A stretch of 64,000 bases of DNA from a virus (IMGVR_UViG_3300020577_011595:1-64000), one strand, 5' to 3'; counted from the stretch's first letter, positions 55,101-64,000 are shown. Numbers and translations are program-made. The notes: a model not told the origin generated them from the letters alone.

Positions 55101-56765
55101 TCAGCCGTGGGCGTTGGGCTTGCCGTGGCAGGTGCAGGGCAGCATCGGGTTCCACAGGTTCATCGCCTTGTGGATCTCGCGACCCGTGTGCACGGGGCAC
55201 TCGGGGGCCGCGCGCGCGACCGGGTCGGCCATGCGGGCGGCGACTCCGCGGACTTCGGCGCCACGTCGCCCGCCCTCGATGAACGCGCGCGCGGGGTCCA
55301 TCGCGTCGGACTTCACGAGGTGCGAGACGTCGTCGTGACGCACAGCGATCTTGCGGGCCGTCGGCGGCGCCAGTTCGGGCTGGAGGAAGGGCGCGATCTC
55401 GTGCGAGCGCGAGAACGCGAAGTCGCCGATCGCCGCGGTCAGGGAGTGCGCGCCCATCGCCGAGTTGCCGTCGTCGCTGAAGGCCGAGTCGGCGCGGGGC
55501 TTGAAGATCCCTCGAGCGACGAGGATCGCCTCGATGCTCGCGCGCGTGACGTCGTACTTCTTCGCCGCGCGCATGAGGTTCTTGTTCCGCGGGATCGTCT
55601 GGACCAGCTCCGACATCACGGCGCGGCTCATCTCGACGACCTGCTCACGCGCCTGGAGCTGCTGGTGCTCGGGCTCGCGAGACTCGTGCTCGTAGGCCTC
55701 CTCGACGAACGCGCAGAGGTAGTCGTAGAGGTACTCCTCGGGGAGGTCCTGGTCCCGGTCGCCCGGGTCACGGAAGGCGTACAGCCCCTTCGCCAGCACA
55801 CGGCCCGCGGGGTCGCGGAGCACGGGCGCAGCGTCCCGGGCAGGGACCGCGCGACGAGAGGGTTGGGGGGCGGCACGCGATCCCTGCCCGAGACTCTTCT
55901 GAAAGCTCGAGGCGAGCGCCGCGAGGCTCTTCTGCGCCGCGGCGTCGTCCTCGCCGTAGGTGAACGGCTTGCTGCCCGCACCTCGGCCGCCGACGCTCGC
56001 CGACCCGGGGCGCTTCGACTTCGGGGGCTTCGGCGGAGCCGGGGGAGGTGCCGGCGGCCCGGCTTGGCCCGCCGACGGGTCCAGCTCGCCCATGAGGGCG
56101 CTCATGGCGGCCTCCCAATCGATCCACGCGCCCATCGCCGCATGCGGCTGCTGCTGCTGGTGCGCGGGCGGGGGAGCGTGGGGCGCCGCGGGCTTGGGAA
56201 CCTGCGGAGCGTGGATCTGCTGGGCGTTCGCCTGCGGCGCCTGCACGGGCGGGCCCTGCGTCGGGTAGCCCTGCGGAGCCATCGGATGCCCCATCGAAGC
56301 GAGCATCGGCGCGAGCTGCGACGCGAAGGGCATCTGCCGCCCGCCCGCGGCCATCATCGCAGGGTGCGCCGCCGGAACCCCAGCGCCCGGCATGCCCATC
56401 GGGGGAGCCTGGCCCACCATCGGCGGCCCCTGGTGCCCCATCATCGGGGGGGCCGCCTGCCCGGCCATCGGAGGCGCTGCCGGACGTGCGGGCGGTCCCT
56501 GGGGCGGGCCATGCGGCGGAGGACCCTGCGGCGGGCCGCCTGCGCCCGCGGGCTTGCCGAAGCCCGTGGGCATGCCCTTCCACATGCTCGGCGTGCCGAA
56601 CTCGTTGGCCTCGGCGGGGCTGGCGAGGCCCTTCGCCATGAACTCCGCGCCCCAATCGACGAACGCCCCTCCGTTGGGGTCGCCGACGTAGTTGGCGGGC
56701 GAGAAGGATCCCTCGGGCAGGGCGATGCCCGTCTTGGTCGTGTGCGTGGTCCGGGGCTGCGTCAT
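55101..56765 (-). CDS. Pro/Gly/Met-rich low-complexity protein, probable internal head protein
   Basis: Long PPQG/PPM tract, at least six xxK[GSA] motifs, and a terminal CPVH...CTC motif. Confidence 0.75.
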   Translation of the reverse strand: MTQPRTTHTTKTGIALPEGSFSPANYVGDPNGGAFVDWGAEFMAKGLASPAEANEFGTPSMWKGMPTGFGKPAGAGGPPQGPPPHGPPQGPPARPAAPPMAGQAAPPMMGHQGPPMVGQAPPMGMPGAGVPAAHPAMMAAGGRQMPFASQLAPMLASMGHPMAPQGYPTQGPPVQAPQANAQQIHAPQVPKPAAPHAPPPAHQQQQPHAAMGAWIDWEAAMSALMGELDPSAGQAGPPAPPPAPPKPPKSKRPGSASVGGRGAGSKPFTYGEDDAAAQKSLAALASSFQKSLGQGSRAAPQPSRRAVPARDAAPVLRDPAGRVLAKGLYAFRDPGDRDQDLPEEYLYDYLCAFVEEAYEHESREPEHQQLQAREQVVEMSRAVMSELVQTIPRNKNLMRAAKKYDVTRASIEAILVARGIFKPRADSAFSDDGNSAMGAHSLTAAIGDFAFSRSHEIAPFLQPELAPPTARKIAVRHDDVSHLVKSDAMDPARAFIEGGRRGAEVRGVAARMADPVARAAPECPVHTGREIHKAMNLWNPMLPCTCHGKPNAHG

Positions 56766-56814
56766 CGGGAGATACTCCTCGGTGCGACTCTACCGCGAGA
56801 GTCGGGGCTCGTCA

Positions 56815-59800
56815 TCAGAACAGGGCGCGCTGGTTCGCGGGCGTCTTCTCGTCGGAGCGGCTCAGAGCTGCCGCGACCGTCTCGCGGAGCACCTCGCCCG
56901 GGCTCTTCGCCGGGCCGAACATGCTGCCCTGGCCCTCGGGATTCTGGCCTGCCCGGCGGACGTAGTCGCGCCAGACGGCGGCCTGCTGCTGCGGGCCCGG
57001 CTTGCGGACGAGCAGCTCGAGGAGCGCGCGGGCATTCTGGTTGTCGACGACGGGGTGCCTCCCGCCGAAGAGGTCGTCGAAGTAGTTGAACAGGCGGTCG
57101 AACGTCTTGGGCTCCATCTTCGGGTCGAGCGCGGGGATCGCCCCCGTCTCGACGCGGTGGTGCAGGTCGTTGTAGGCGGAGAGCGCGACGGCGAGGTCCC
57201 CGCCGACGTCGTAGCCCTTGCCGCCCGAGGTCTTGGCCTGGACCATGTAGGGCACCGCGGCCGCGATGTTCCCGACGATCTTCGGCCCCGTGTTCGAGAG
57301 GATGTCGGCGTCGCCGACGAGCCGGCCGACGAGGATGCGCTCGACGAGCACGCGCCCGTCCTCGTTGAGCAGCTTCGTGCCCTTCTTGAGGTACTGGTTC
57401 GCGTTGCGCTGGTCGATGATGCCTGCGCGCTGGAGCGCGTTCACGAACCGCTCCGAGCGGTTCGACGCGAGGAAGGCGGAGAGGGTCTCGTCCTCCTTCA
57501 TGTCGTTGCCGAGCGCGGCGAGGGACTGCTCGTCGAGCTTGCGGCCCATCGCGACCTGCATCGTTCGCGGGTCCATCGCCTGCGTGAAGCTTTCGTTGAG
57601 CTGGCGCACGAGGAGCTTCTGGCTCGCGGTCGAGGTGTCCTCGGGCTCGATGACGCGCACGAGCACGGGATGCTCGAGGGCGTCGACGTCCTCGGGGCGA
57701 AGCCCGAACTCGTGAGCGTGCTCGGCGAGGTACGCCTTCAGCGCGGCGCCCTTCTCCCCGTGGTGCACGTAGGCATGCTGCATCGACATCGTCCGGCTGT
57801 TGCCGCCGAGCGCGATGAGCTTGCCGTCCTGCTCGATCACGACGGGCGGGCCGTTCACGGCGTCGGGGTTGGTGTTCGCCACGAACGCGGGGTTCAGGCT
57901 CATCGCGTTGCGGAGCACCTTGCCCTTCTCGGCCTCGTCCCGATGGTAGGCACGCTCCTGCACGCCTTCGGGGTAGTCCTCGCGCTTCTTGAAGCCCTTG
58001 AGCGGGTCGTGCGAGGCGACGAGGTCGGAGGCGTTGGCGAGCTTGTAGCGCGCGCGGATGGCCTTGGGCTGGCCCCCGTCCCCCGCCACGTAGACCGCCG
58101 TCGAGCCGCCGTCGGTCTTCGGTGCGGGATGGGGAGCCGCAGCGGGGGCCGCTGCCATGGCGTTGCGGGCCTCGTCGGCGACCTTGTCCTTCAGCCCGGG
58201 GAACGCGCTCGTGAGCAGGTTGAGCTTCTGGATGGCGCTCGAGGCCAGCGCCTCGGCGAGCGCCCGCGCGCGGTCGTTGGTCGACCCGCTCTGCGCCTTC
58301 GCGAGCGCCTCGGAGAGCTTCGCCAGCTCGGCCTCCGCCCGCTTCGCGATCTCCGCGACGCGGTCCGCGAAGTCGTCGGTCTCCGCATCCGCCCCGCCCC
58401 GCAGCTCGACGACGGTGCCGACGTGACCGACCGTGACGCGCGCGCCCGCGGCGAGGTTCTCCGCGCCGCGAACGATCTCCGAGAAGCGCGTCGCGCTCGT
58501 GCGCTGCGTGAGCACGGACCCGATCGCGGCTGCCCGTGCCTCGGGCTCCCACCCGCGGCGCTCGAGGGCCGTGGCGAGGATGCTCTTCGCGCGGAAGGGG
58601 TTGACGCCCGCGCGGCCGAAGGCCTGCTGGAGCTTCGCGTAGACTTCGGGGACCCGCTTCTGGAGCTGCGCGAACCGCTCTTCGTCGGAGCCCTCCAGCT
58701 CGCCGAGCAGCGCCTTGGGGACGTGCCGGAGGACCGCGTTGACCGAGGCCTCGGCGCGCTTCTCCGCCCAATCGTGATAGCGGGTGCCGTACCCGCGGAC
58801 GAGCAGGTTGGCCCACTCGTCGGGCTTGATCGCGCGGACGCGGCCGCCCATCTCGACGTGGACGGTCCCGTCCTTCTCGACCTCGTGGACCTTCGCGATG
58901 CCCTGCCCGTGCCCGAGCGAGACCTCCTCGCCGGCCTGGGCGTCGCGCGCGATGGCGCTCTCGGCGTAGTAGTAGCGCCACGGGCGCTTCGGGTTCCCGG
59001 TGGGCACGCGCCGGACGTACTTGTGGGACGCCGCGCCTGCGCCGGCCTTGTGCAACGCGTGGTAGAGCGCCGCGAGCGCGGCCTGGCTCTTCTCGGTCTC
59101 CTCGTCCTCGGCCTCGTCGTCCTCCTCGGGCTCCGGCTCGGCGCCCGGAGGCAACTGCACGGGCACGACAGGGAGCGGGCTGGCTCGACGCGCCCCCGGC
59201 GTTCCGGCGGGGTCGGCGACTCCAGGGGACGGACGCGGGCCCATCGGCGGGGCGGGCGCCAGGGCATCCTCGCGCGCATCGGGAGACCGCGGGACGCGGC
59301 CTGCGTCGGCCTGCGCACGCGGGGGGTTGCCCTGAGGCATCCCAGGGCCGCCGGCTGCGAGCCGCGGGCGCTGGTGGTCCGCGACCACCAGCGGCGCGCG
59401 CTGGGCGATCTGCGGGCCGCCGACCATCGCCATCGTCCGCACCGCCGGGACGTAGAGGAGCGTGGGGTCGAGGCGCACGTTGCCCGTTCCGTGGAACCCG
59501 TGCGCCCGGGTCGAGGCGTCTGCGTCGGCCTGCCTGCGGTTCACCTCGGCCTCTTCCTCCCGCTGCCGGTGGTCCGCGTCGCGGGGCTGGAAGTAGATGT
59601 CCTGATAGTCGGGGATGGATGCGCGCTGGCCGGGCGCCGCGCCATACGCGGGGCCGATCGACGGCTGCGGCTGGGGCTGCCCGCCGATCATCGCCTTGAT
59701 CATGGTGGGGGTGATCGACCGCTCCATCGGGGCCTCCGCCTTCGGCTTGCGCGGGCGAGCCTGCGTCCGGGCTGCCGCGCGCTCGGGGCTGATCTCGACC

Positions 59801-61824
59801 TTCTCGGGCTGCTCGGGCTCGCCGAGCTGCTGCCGTAGCACGGCGGACCCACGGCGCCCCTTCTGCCTGCCCGCCCACCGCTCGGCGGCGTCGGACGCGG
59901 CCCGCTCGGTCGCGTCCCTGCGTTGCTTCGCCTGCGAGAGGCTCTGGTCGTACGCCTCGCGGTCCGCCTGCCCGCGCGACGCCCGCGAGACGCGCTCCTC
60001 GGCCTCCCCAGCGCCCTGCCTGACCTCGGCGAGGGCCCGGTCGGTGTCGGACCGCGCAGCCTCGTCGAGCCGCCCCAGCGCCGCGTGCGCGGCTTCGACG
60101 TGCTGCTGCGCCTGGGGGTCGTGCCCGAACATGCGGTTGACGTCCTCGGGACTGCCCATCCCGAAGACGTCGAGCACACCGTCGTCGTCGCCGCCCTGGG
60201 GAGGCATCTGGTAGCCCCCGCCCCCGAGCGCGGCGGGGCCCACAGGGCCCTGGGGCGCGGGCTCCGCCTCTCGGGGCGCTGTCGGCTGCGCCGGGGCGCC
60301 AGGAGCCTCCGGGGCGCCGGGAGAGGGCGTCTGCCCCAGGGTGCGCGCGCTCGCCGTGACCGAGGCGAGCCCCTGCTTGCCGGAAGCGAGAGCGTCGGAC
60401 GCGTAGGCCTCGAGCTGCTTGTTCTTCTTTTCGGCGGCCTCGAGCAGCGACCCGAGATCGGGCCCGAGGACCGACGCGGGGGCCGCGCTGCTGTTGAACG
60501 CGCGCCCGAACGCCTTGAGGTTCTCGACGATCTTCGAGTCGCCCTCGGCGGTCTTCGCGCCGGCCTGCCGCGCGCGGAGCCCGACGACGATGTGGTTCAG
60601 CGCCTCTTCGAGCTGGCCCGCGAGCTGGGGGTCGTGCTGGCGGATCGCCGCGACGACCTGCATGCCCTGCTGCCCGATCTCGTTCGCGCCGGGCAGGGGC
60701 TTGGGCTGCGCGCCGGCCGGCTGGGCCGGCGCCGGGGGCTTCTGCCCGGGCGGCTTGGGGGCCGCGCCCTGCGGCTGTCCCGACCCCTCGTGGTAGGGGA
60801 TCGTGTGCTCGGGGTTGGCCCACCGACCGCCCTGCGGGCCCGTGAACAACTGCGCCTTGGCCAGGCCCTCGCGCACCGCCGCTTCCCGCTGGGCAGATAG
60901 TTTCTTCACGCGCTTCTCCAGGTGGTCGACCTCCGAGCGTAGGTCGTGCGCCGCTCGCTCGTCGACGCCGTTCTCGGCGAGCCGCTTCTGCCGCCACGCG
61001 AACAGCGCGTCCTTGCGCGCCTCTTCGCGGCGGTACCTCTCGGGGGTCATCTCGCTCGCGGGTTGCTGCCAGGCGTGCACGTCGCCCATCGCCACGCGCC
61101 GCATCCCGCGATCGAGCGCGCTCCGCTCCCAGCTCTCGGTGAGCGACGCGGAGTCGACGTCTACGAGGTCGGGCACCGTGAGGCGGTCGACGACGGCCTT
61201 GCCCTTCGTGTTCTTGGCCTCGAGCACCTCGAGCGCCGCGCGCTTCTGGCCCAGCTCGTGTGCCGCCTTGCCGAGAGCCTTCGCGGCGCGCTCCAGGGTG
61301 CCGAGCCTGGCAGCCTGCTCCGGGTCCTGCTTCTTCGCGCAGCCCGTGCCCATGATCACGTGACGCCCGTTCGTCAGCTCGACGGCGGCGTGCACCTCGT
61401 GCTCTCTCGCGCACCGCGCGCACACGGCAAGCACGCCGCTACCCGGGATCGGGCGGCTGTACTCGACCCCGAGGTGCCCCTCGACCAGCTCGCGCTCGCG
61501 CGTGTCGCGGATGCCGACGATCCGCTTGATCTTCACGTGCTTCTCGGACTCGGAGAGCAGCGCCGGCCGCCCGTGCTCGGCCGGGTTCCAGTGGATCGTG
61601 TGCTGCGGGTCCGCCCACAGCCCACCTTTCGGACCGATGAACGGGCCGCCGCTCATCTTCGCCATCATCGGCACCACGAGCCGGCGCTCGAGGTCGGCGT
61701 AGTAGTCGGGCCGTTCCTGAAGGTGGTTCGCGACCTTGCCGGCCTTCTCGCGCGCATCGCCGTGGCCCTTCTCGCGCTCGTAGGCGATGGCCGCTGCGAT
61801 CTCGGTCGGCGTGGGTCGGTGCAT
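56815..61824 (-). CDS. Giant polyvalent protein (~1669 aa): DUF5661-like N-terminus, two GPxGG peptides, HKYVRR motif, ddrB-like ParB domain
   Basis: ATG at 61824 just after the upstream stop; ANHLQERPDYYADL; SDLVASHDP...VQERAY...NGPPVV...GGNSRTM...PVLVR. Confidence 0.8.
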   Translation of the reverse strand: MHRPTPTEIAAAIAYEREKGHGDAREKAGKVANHLQERPDYYADLERRLVVPMMAKMSGGPFIGPKGGLWADPQHTIHWNPAEHGRPALLSESEKHVKIKRIVGIRDTRERELVEGHLGVEYSRPIPGSGVLAVCARCAREHEVHAAVELTNGRHVIMGTGCAKKQDPEQAARLGTLERAAKALGKAAHELGQKRAALEVLEAKNTKGKAVVDRLTVPDLVDVDSASLTESWERSALDRGMRRVAMGDVHAWQQPASEMTPERYRREEARKDALFAWRQKRLAENGVDERAAHDLRSEVDHLEKRVKKLSAQREAAVREGLAKAQLFTGPQGGRWANPEHTIPYHEGSGQPQGAAPKPPGQKPPAPAQPAGAQPKPLPGANEIGQQGMQVVAAIRQHDPQLAGQLEEALNHIVVGLRARQAGAKTAEGDSKIVENLKAFGRAFNSSAAPASVLGPDLGSLLEAAEKKNKQLEAYASDALASGKQGLASVTASARTLGQTPSPGAPEAPGAPAQPTAPREAEPAPQGPVGPAALGGGGYQMPPQGGDDDGVLDVFGMGSPEDVNRMFGHDPQAQQHVEAAHAALGRLDEAARSDTDRALAEVRQGAGEAEERVSRASRGQADREAYDQSLSQAKQRRDATERAASDAAERWAGRQKGRRGSAVLRQQLGEPEQPEKVEISPERAAARTQARPRKPKAEAPMERSITPTMIKAMIGGQPQPQPSIGPAYGAAPGQRASIPDYQDIYFQPRDADHRQREEEAEVNRRQADADASTRAHGFHGTGNVRLDPTLLYVPAVRTMAMVGGPQIAQRAPLVVADHQRPRLAAGGPGMPQGNPPRAQADAGRVPRSPDAREDALAPAPPMGPRPSPGVADPAGTPGARRASPLPVVPVQLPPGAEPEPEEDDEAEDEETEKSQAALAALYHALHKAGAGAASHKYVRRVPTGNPKRPWRYYYAESAIARDAQAGEEVSLGHGQGIAKVHEVEKDGTVHVEMGGRVRAIKPDEWANLLVRGYGTRYHDWAEKRAEASVNAVLRHVPKALLGELEGSDEERFAQLQKRVPEVYAKLQQAFGRAGVNPFRAKSILATALERRGWEPEARAAAIGSVLTQRTSATRFSEIVRGAENLAAGARVTVGHVGTVVELRGGADAETDDFADRVAEIAKRAEAELAKLSEALAKAQSGSTNDRARALAEALASSAIQKLNLLTSAFPGLKDKVADEARNAMAAAPAAAPHPAPKTDGGSTAVYVAGDGGQPKAIRARYKLANASDLVASHDPLKGFKKREDYPEGVQERAYHRDEAEKGKVLRNAMSLNPAFVANTNPDAVNGPPVVIEQDGKLIALGGNSRTMSMQHAYVHHGEKGAALKAYLAEHAHEFGLRPEDVDALEHPVLVRVIEPEDTSTASQKLLVRQLNESFTQAMDPRTMQVAMGRKLDEQSLAALGNDMKEDETLSAFLASNRSERFVNALQRAGIIDQRNANQYLKKGTKLLNEDGRVLVERILVGRLVGDADILSNTGPKIVGNIAAAVPYMVQAKTSGGKGYDVGGDLAVALSAYNDLHHRVETGAIPALDPKMEPKTFDRLFNYFDDLFGGRHPVVDNQNARALLELLVRKPGPQQQAAVWRDYVRRAGQNPEGQGSMFGPAKSPGEVLRETVAAALSRSDEKTPANQRALF

Positions 61825-61829
61825 GCGGG

Positions 61830-64000
61830 TCAGGCTCGGGGGATCGTCAGGCGGTTGCCGACGAGGTGCTGGTAGCGCGGGTCGACGAGGGGCCGGGAGA
61901 GCAGGTTGCGGAGGGCCTTGTGGAGCAGCTCGCTCTTGCCGAACGCCGCGAAGATGGCGTCGAAGTGCGGCGTCATCGCGTCGACCTCCGCGTCGCTCGG
62001 CCAGAGCTTGCTGACTGCGCTGCCCGCCATCGCGATGCCTGTGAGGTAGGTGTTCTCGCGGCCCTTCGCGTGCAGCTTGCGCTGCACGTACCTCTCGAAC
62101 GTGCGGGCGAACACCTCGCACGTCGAACGCCAGTAGTCGGCCTTGCCCGCCGACATCCGCTTGTCGCGTACGTACTGGCGAGTCTCGGCGGCGAGCCTCT
62201 CACGGAACGCGCCCATCGCGTCCGACGTCATCAGCGCGCGCATGGCGCGGAACGTCGGATCGTCGTCGGCCTTCGTGTCCCGCACCAGGACGTCCTCCGA
62301 GACGAAGCGCGCTTCCTTCCGGCCTGCGTAGGTGCGCTGCGTGGCCTCGCCCGCCGCCTCGTAGATGAGGTTGTCGAACATGTGCCCCCACTCGTGCGCG
62401 AGCGCGCCCGCTCCCGAGTCGCGGGTCAGGTTGATCACACGCGCGGTGGGTTCGTAGTGCGCGGAGGCCGTGCCCTTGCCTCGCGCGCCGATCGCCATCG
62501 CGAGGCGCCCGTTGAACGAGGCCATGCCCGCCGGCAGCCCGAGCACGTCGGTGAGGTCCGCGAACGAGTCGACGACGCTCTTGAGGTGGTGCTCGCGTTC
62601 GCCGTCGGTGACGCTCTTGCCCCACTGCACGCCGCGCATCCCGTACTTCCCGCCCTTGCTCTTGTCGAGCAGGTCGAGGCCCTGCTTGACGCTGCGATAC
62701 TCGGACGGCGGGCCCTTCCGCACCATCTTCGACGTGTTGTAGACCTTGGACAGATCCCACTCGTCCTCGGCCTTCGACTGCTTCGCGCCGAAGGCCTCGT
62801 TCATCGACTTGCCCTCGAGCATGCGCATCACGTGGTTGGCCATCGCCGCGTTGCGCTCTTCCGCCGTGGGGTACTTCGCGTTCAGGCGGCGCGCGAAGTC
62901 GTTGGCCTGCGCGAGCGGGGAGAGCGACCCGCGGCCGGCGATGGCGTTGTGGAAGTCGCGGATCGCTTCGGTAGCTGCCGAGGTGGGTCCGTACTCCTCA
63001 CTCACCCGCTGATGGAGCACCGCCACGTCGCTCAAGAACGCGCGCACGGCACCCAGCGGGTTGTCCGCGTGGTCTTTGCTCTCGACGAATTTCGAGAGGA
63101 GGCCGCGCGCCTCGCTCCACGCGGCGTAGTAGGCCTCGCGCTGCTTCCGCAGATGCTCCTCGGCCGTGACGGCCTCGCCAGAGGGAGCACTGCGCGCGAG
63201 CAGCTTGACCCCGTCGTACTTCGTGGGCGCCGACCACGCGCCCTCCTCGCCCGTGCGATGGCGCGGGATCGTGGGGCGCTGCGGGAACTTCCGCAGCATG
63301 AGGTGGCCGAGCAGGACCTTGAGCGTCTGCGGGCCGTTGCCCTCCGCCGTGATCTTCTGCGCCACCGAGACGAACTCGACGGGCTCCTGGCGCTCCAGGA
63401 AGTCGCGAGTGAAGAGACGGTCCGCGTCGGCCGACGCAGAGGCATCGCGCGCGTTCTTCCACACGAGCGCCTTGTGCCGGGCGCTGCCGCCCACGTCCTC
63501 GCCGCGCTGCTCGACCGCGGACGAGCGATCGTTGACGAACTCCTCCGCCTCCTTCGCCTTCTTCGCAGTGGCCTCTGCGTCACCCCGGGGAGTGCCCTCG
63601 GGGGCTCTCGGGGCCACCGGGATCACGAGGCGCTCGGGCGGCTTGGCCGGGGCCTCGGCGGGCGGCGCCCACGGTGTCTCACGCTTCCCCGCGCCTTCGA
63701 TCGATCGCACGGGCTCGATCGTGCGCTTCGCTCCCGTCGTCCACAGCTCGGCCGTGCCGTCTGCGCGGATGATCAGCTCGCGAAGGTTGCGCGAGCGGCC
63801 TTCGATGGGGGCGAGATACACGCGCCGCCCGTACTTGCCGCCCGAGACCTCCGTGTCGTCGATCTCGGCGCGGAACTTCATCCCGTTGACCGTGACCGTC
63901 TGGCCCTTCGTGAAGCGCATCATGGGCGTCTGGGCCTTGACCCGATCACGGTCGGCCTTCGCCTTCTCAGCCTCCACGCGGAGTCGCTCGCGGATGTCGT
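61830..64000 (-). CDS. Partial large polyvalent protein with HExxH peptidase and LPD1-like domain
   Basis: Frame is open to base 64000; RGVQWG..SAHYEP..INLT...LAHEWGH...YW..EVFARTFE.YV..KL..ENTYL...WPS. Confidence 0.8.
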   Translation of the reverse strand, partial: DIRERLRVEAEKAKADRDRVKAQTPMMRFTKGQTVTVNGMKFRAEIDDTEVSGGKYGRRVYLAPIEGRSRNLRELIIRADGTAELWTTGAKRTIEPVRSIEGAGKRETPWAPPAEAPAKPPERLVIPVAPRAPEGTPRGDAEATAKKAKEAEEFVNDRSSAVEQRGEDVGGSARHKALVWKNARDASASADADRLFTRDFLERQEPVEFVSVAQKITAEGNGPQTLKVLLGHLMLRKFPQRPTIPRHRTGEEGAWSAPTKYDGVKLLARSAPSGEAVTAEEHLRKQREAYYAAWSEARGLLSKFVESKDHADNPLGAVRAFLSDVAVLHQRVSEEYGPTSAATEAIRDFHNAIAGRGSLSPLAQANDFARRLNAKYPTAEERNAAMANHVMRMLEGKSMNEAFGAKQSKAEDEWDLSKVYNTSKMVRKGPPSEYRSVKQGLDLLDKSKGGKYGMRGVQWGKSVTDGEREHHLKSVVDSFADLTDVLGLPAGMASFNGRLAMAIGARGKGTASAHYEPTARVINLTRDSGAGALAHEWGHMFDNLIYEAAGEATQRTYAGRKEARFVSEDVLVRDTKADDDPTFRAMRALMTSDAMGAFRERLAAETRQYVRDKRMSAGKADYWRSTCEVFARTFERYVQRKLHAKGRENTYLTGIAMAGSAVSKLWPSDAEVDAMTPHFDAIFAAFGKSELLHKALRNLLSRPLVDPRYQHLVGNRLTIPRA

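Noticed and set aside
1145-64000. Many long plus-strand and alternate-frame ORFs (e.g. 18651..21497, 28633..31767, 36748..40113, 56692..59838, 56762..61423)
   Set aside because: Shadow ORFs of high-GC minus-strand genes: Arg/Gly/Ala-rich, no motifs, no RBS or gene coupling.
1-64000. Stop-codon reassignment
   Set aside because: Core genes are full length in the standard code and end in TGA/TAG with normal coupling.

Overview
This window (GC about 70-72% by eye) is a 64 kb segment of a large contractile-tailed phage genome, with almost every gene on the minus strand. In transcription order (right to left) it holds four blocks. First, a cluster of very large polyvalent proteins (peptidase+LPD1-like, ddrB-ParB-like, MuF+peptidase, kinase-like+InPase) interleaved with the portal. 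Second, a Twort/SPO1 (Herelleviridae)-style head module, then neck, sheath, tube, chaperones, a short tape measure, baseplate and fibre genes. Third, a lysis-like membrane cassette, a two-gene plus-strand island with a SleB-like hydrolase and a hairpin-rich intergenic region. Fourth, a replication/early block (SF2 helicase, DnaB-like helicase, primase, two operator-bearing promoters, CobS/CobT-like pair, sigma-like fusion, family A DNA polymerase, UvsY-like protein). No terminase, integrase, tRNA or CRISPR array was recognised. The best candidate for an undescribed system is a set of probably capsid-packaged effector polyproteins. They are punctuated by the same [L/M/F]-x-K-[A/S/G] motif that ends the capsid propeptide, and three copies of a GPxGGxWAxxxHTI peptide follow such sites. 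All family assignments are by motif recognition only; no database search was run.
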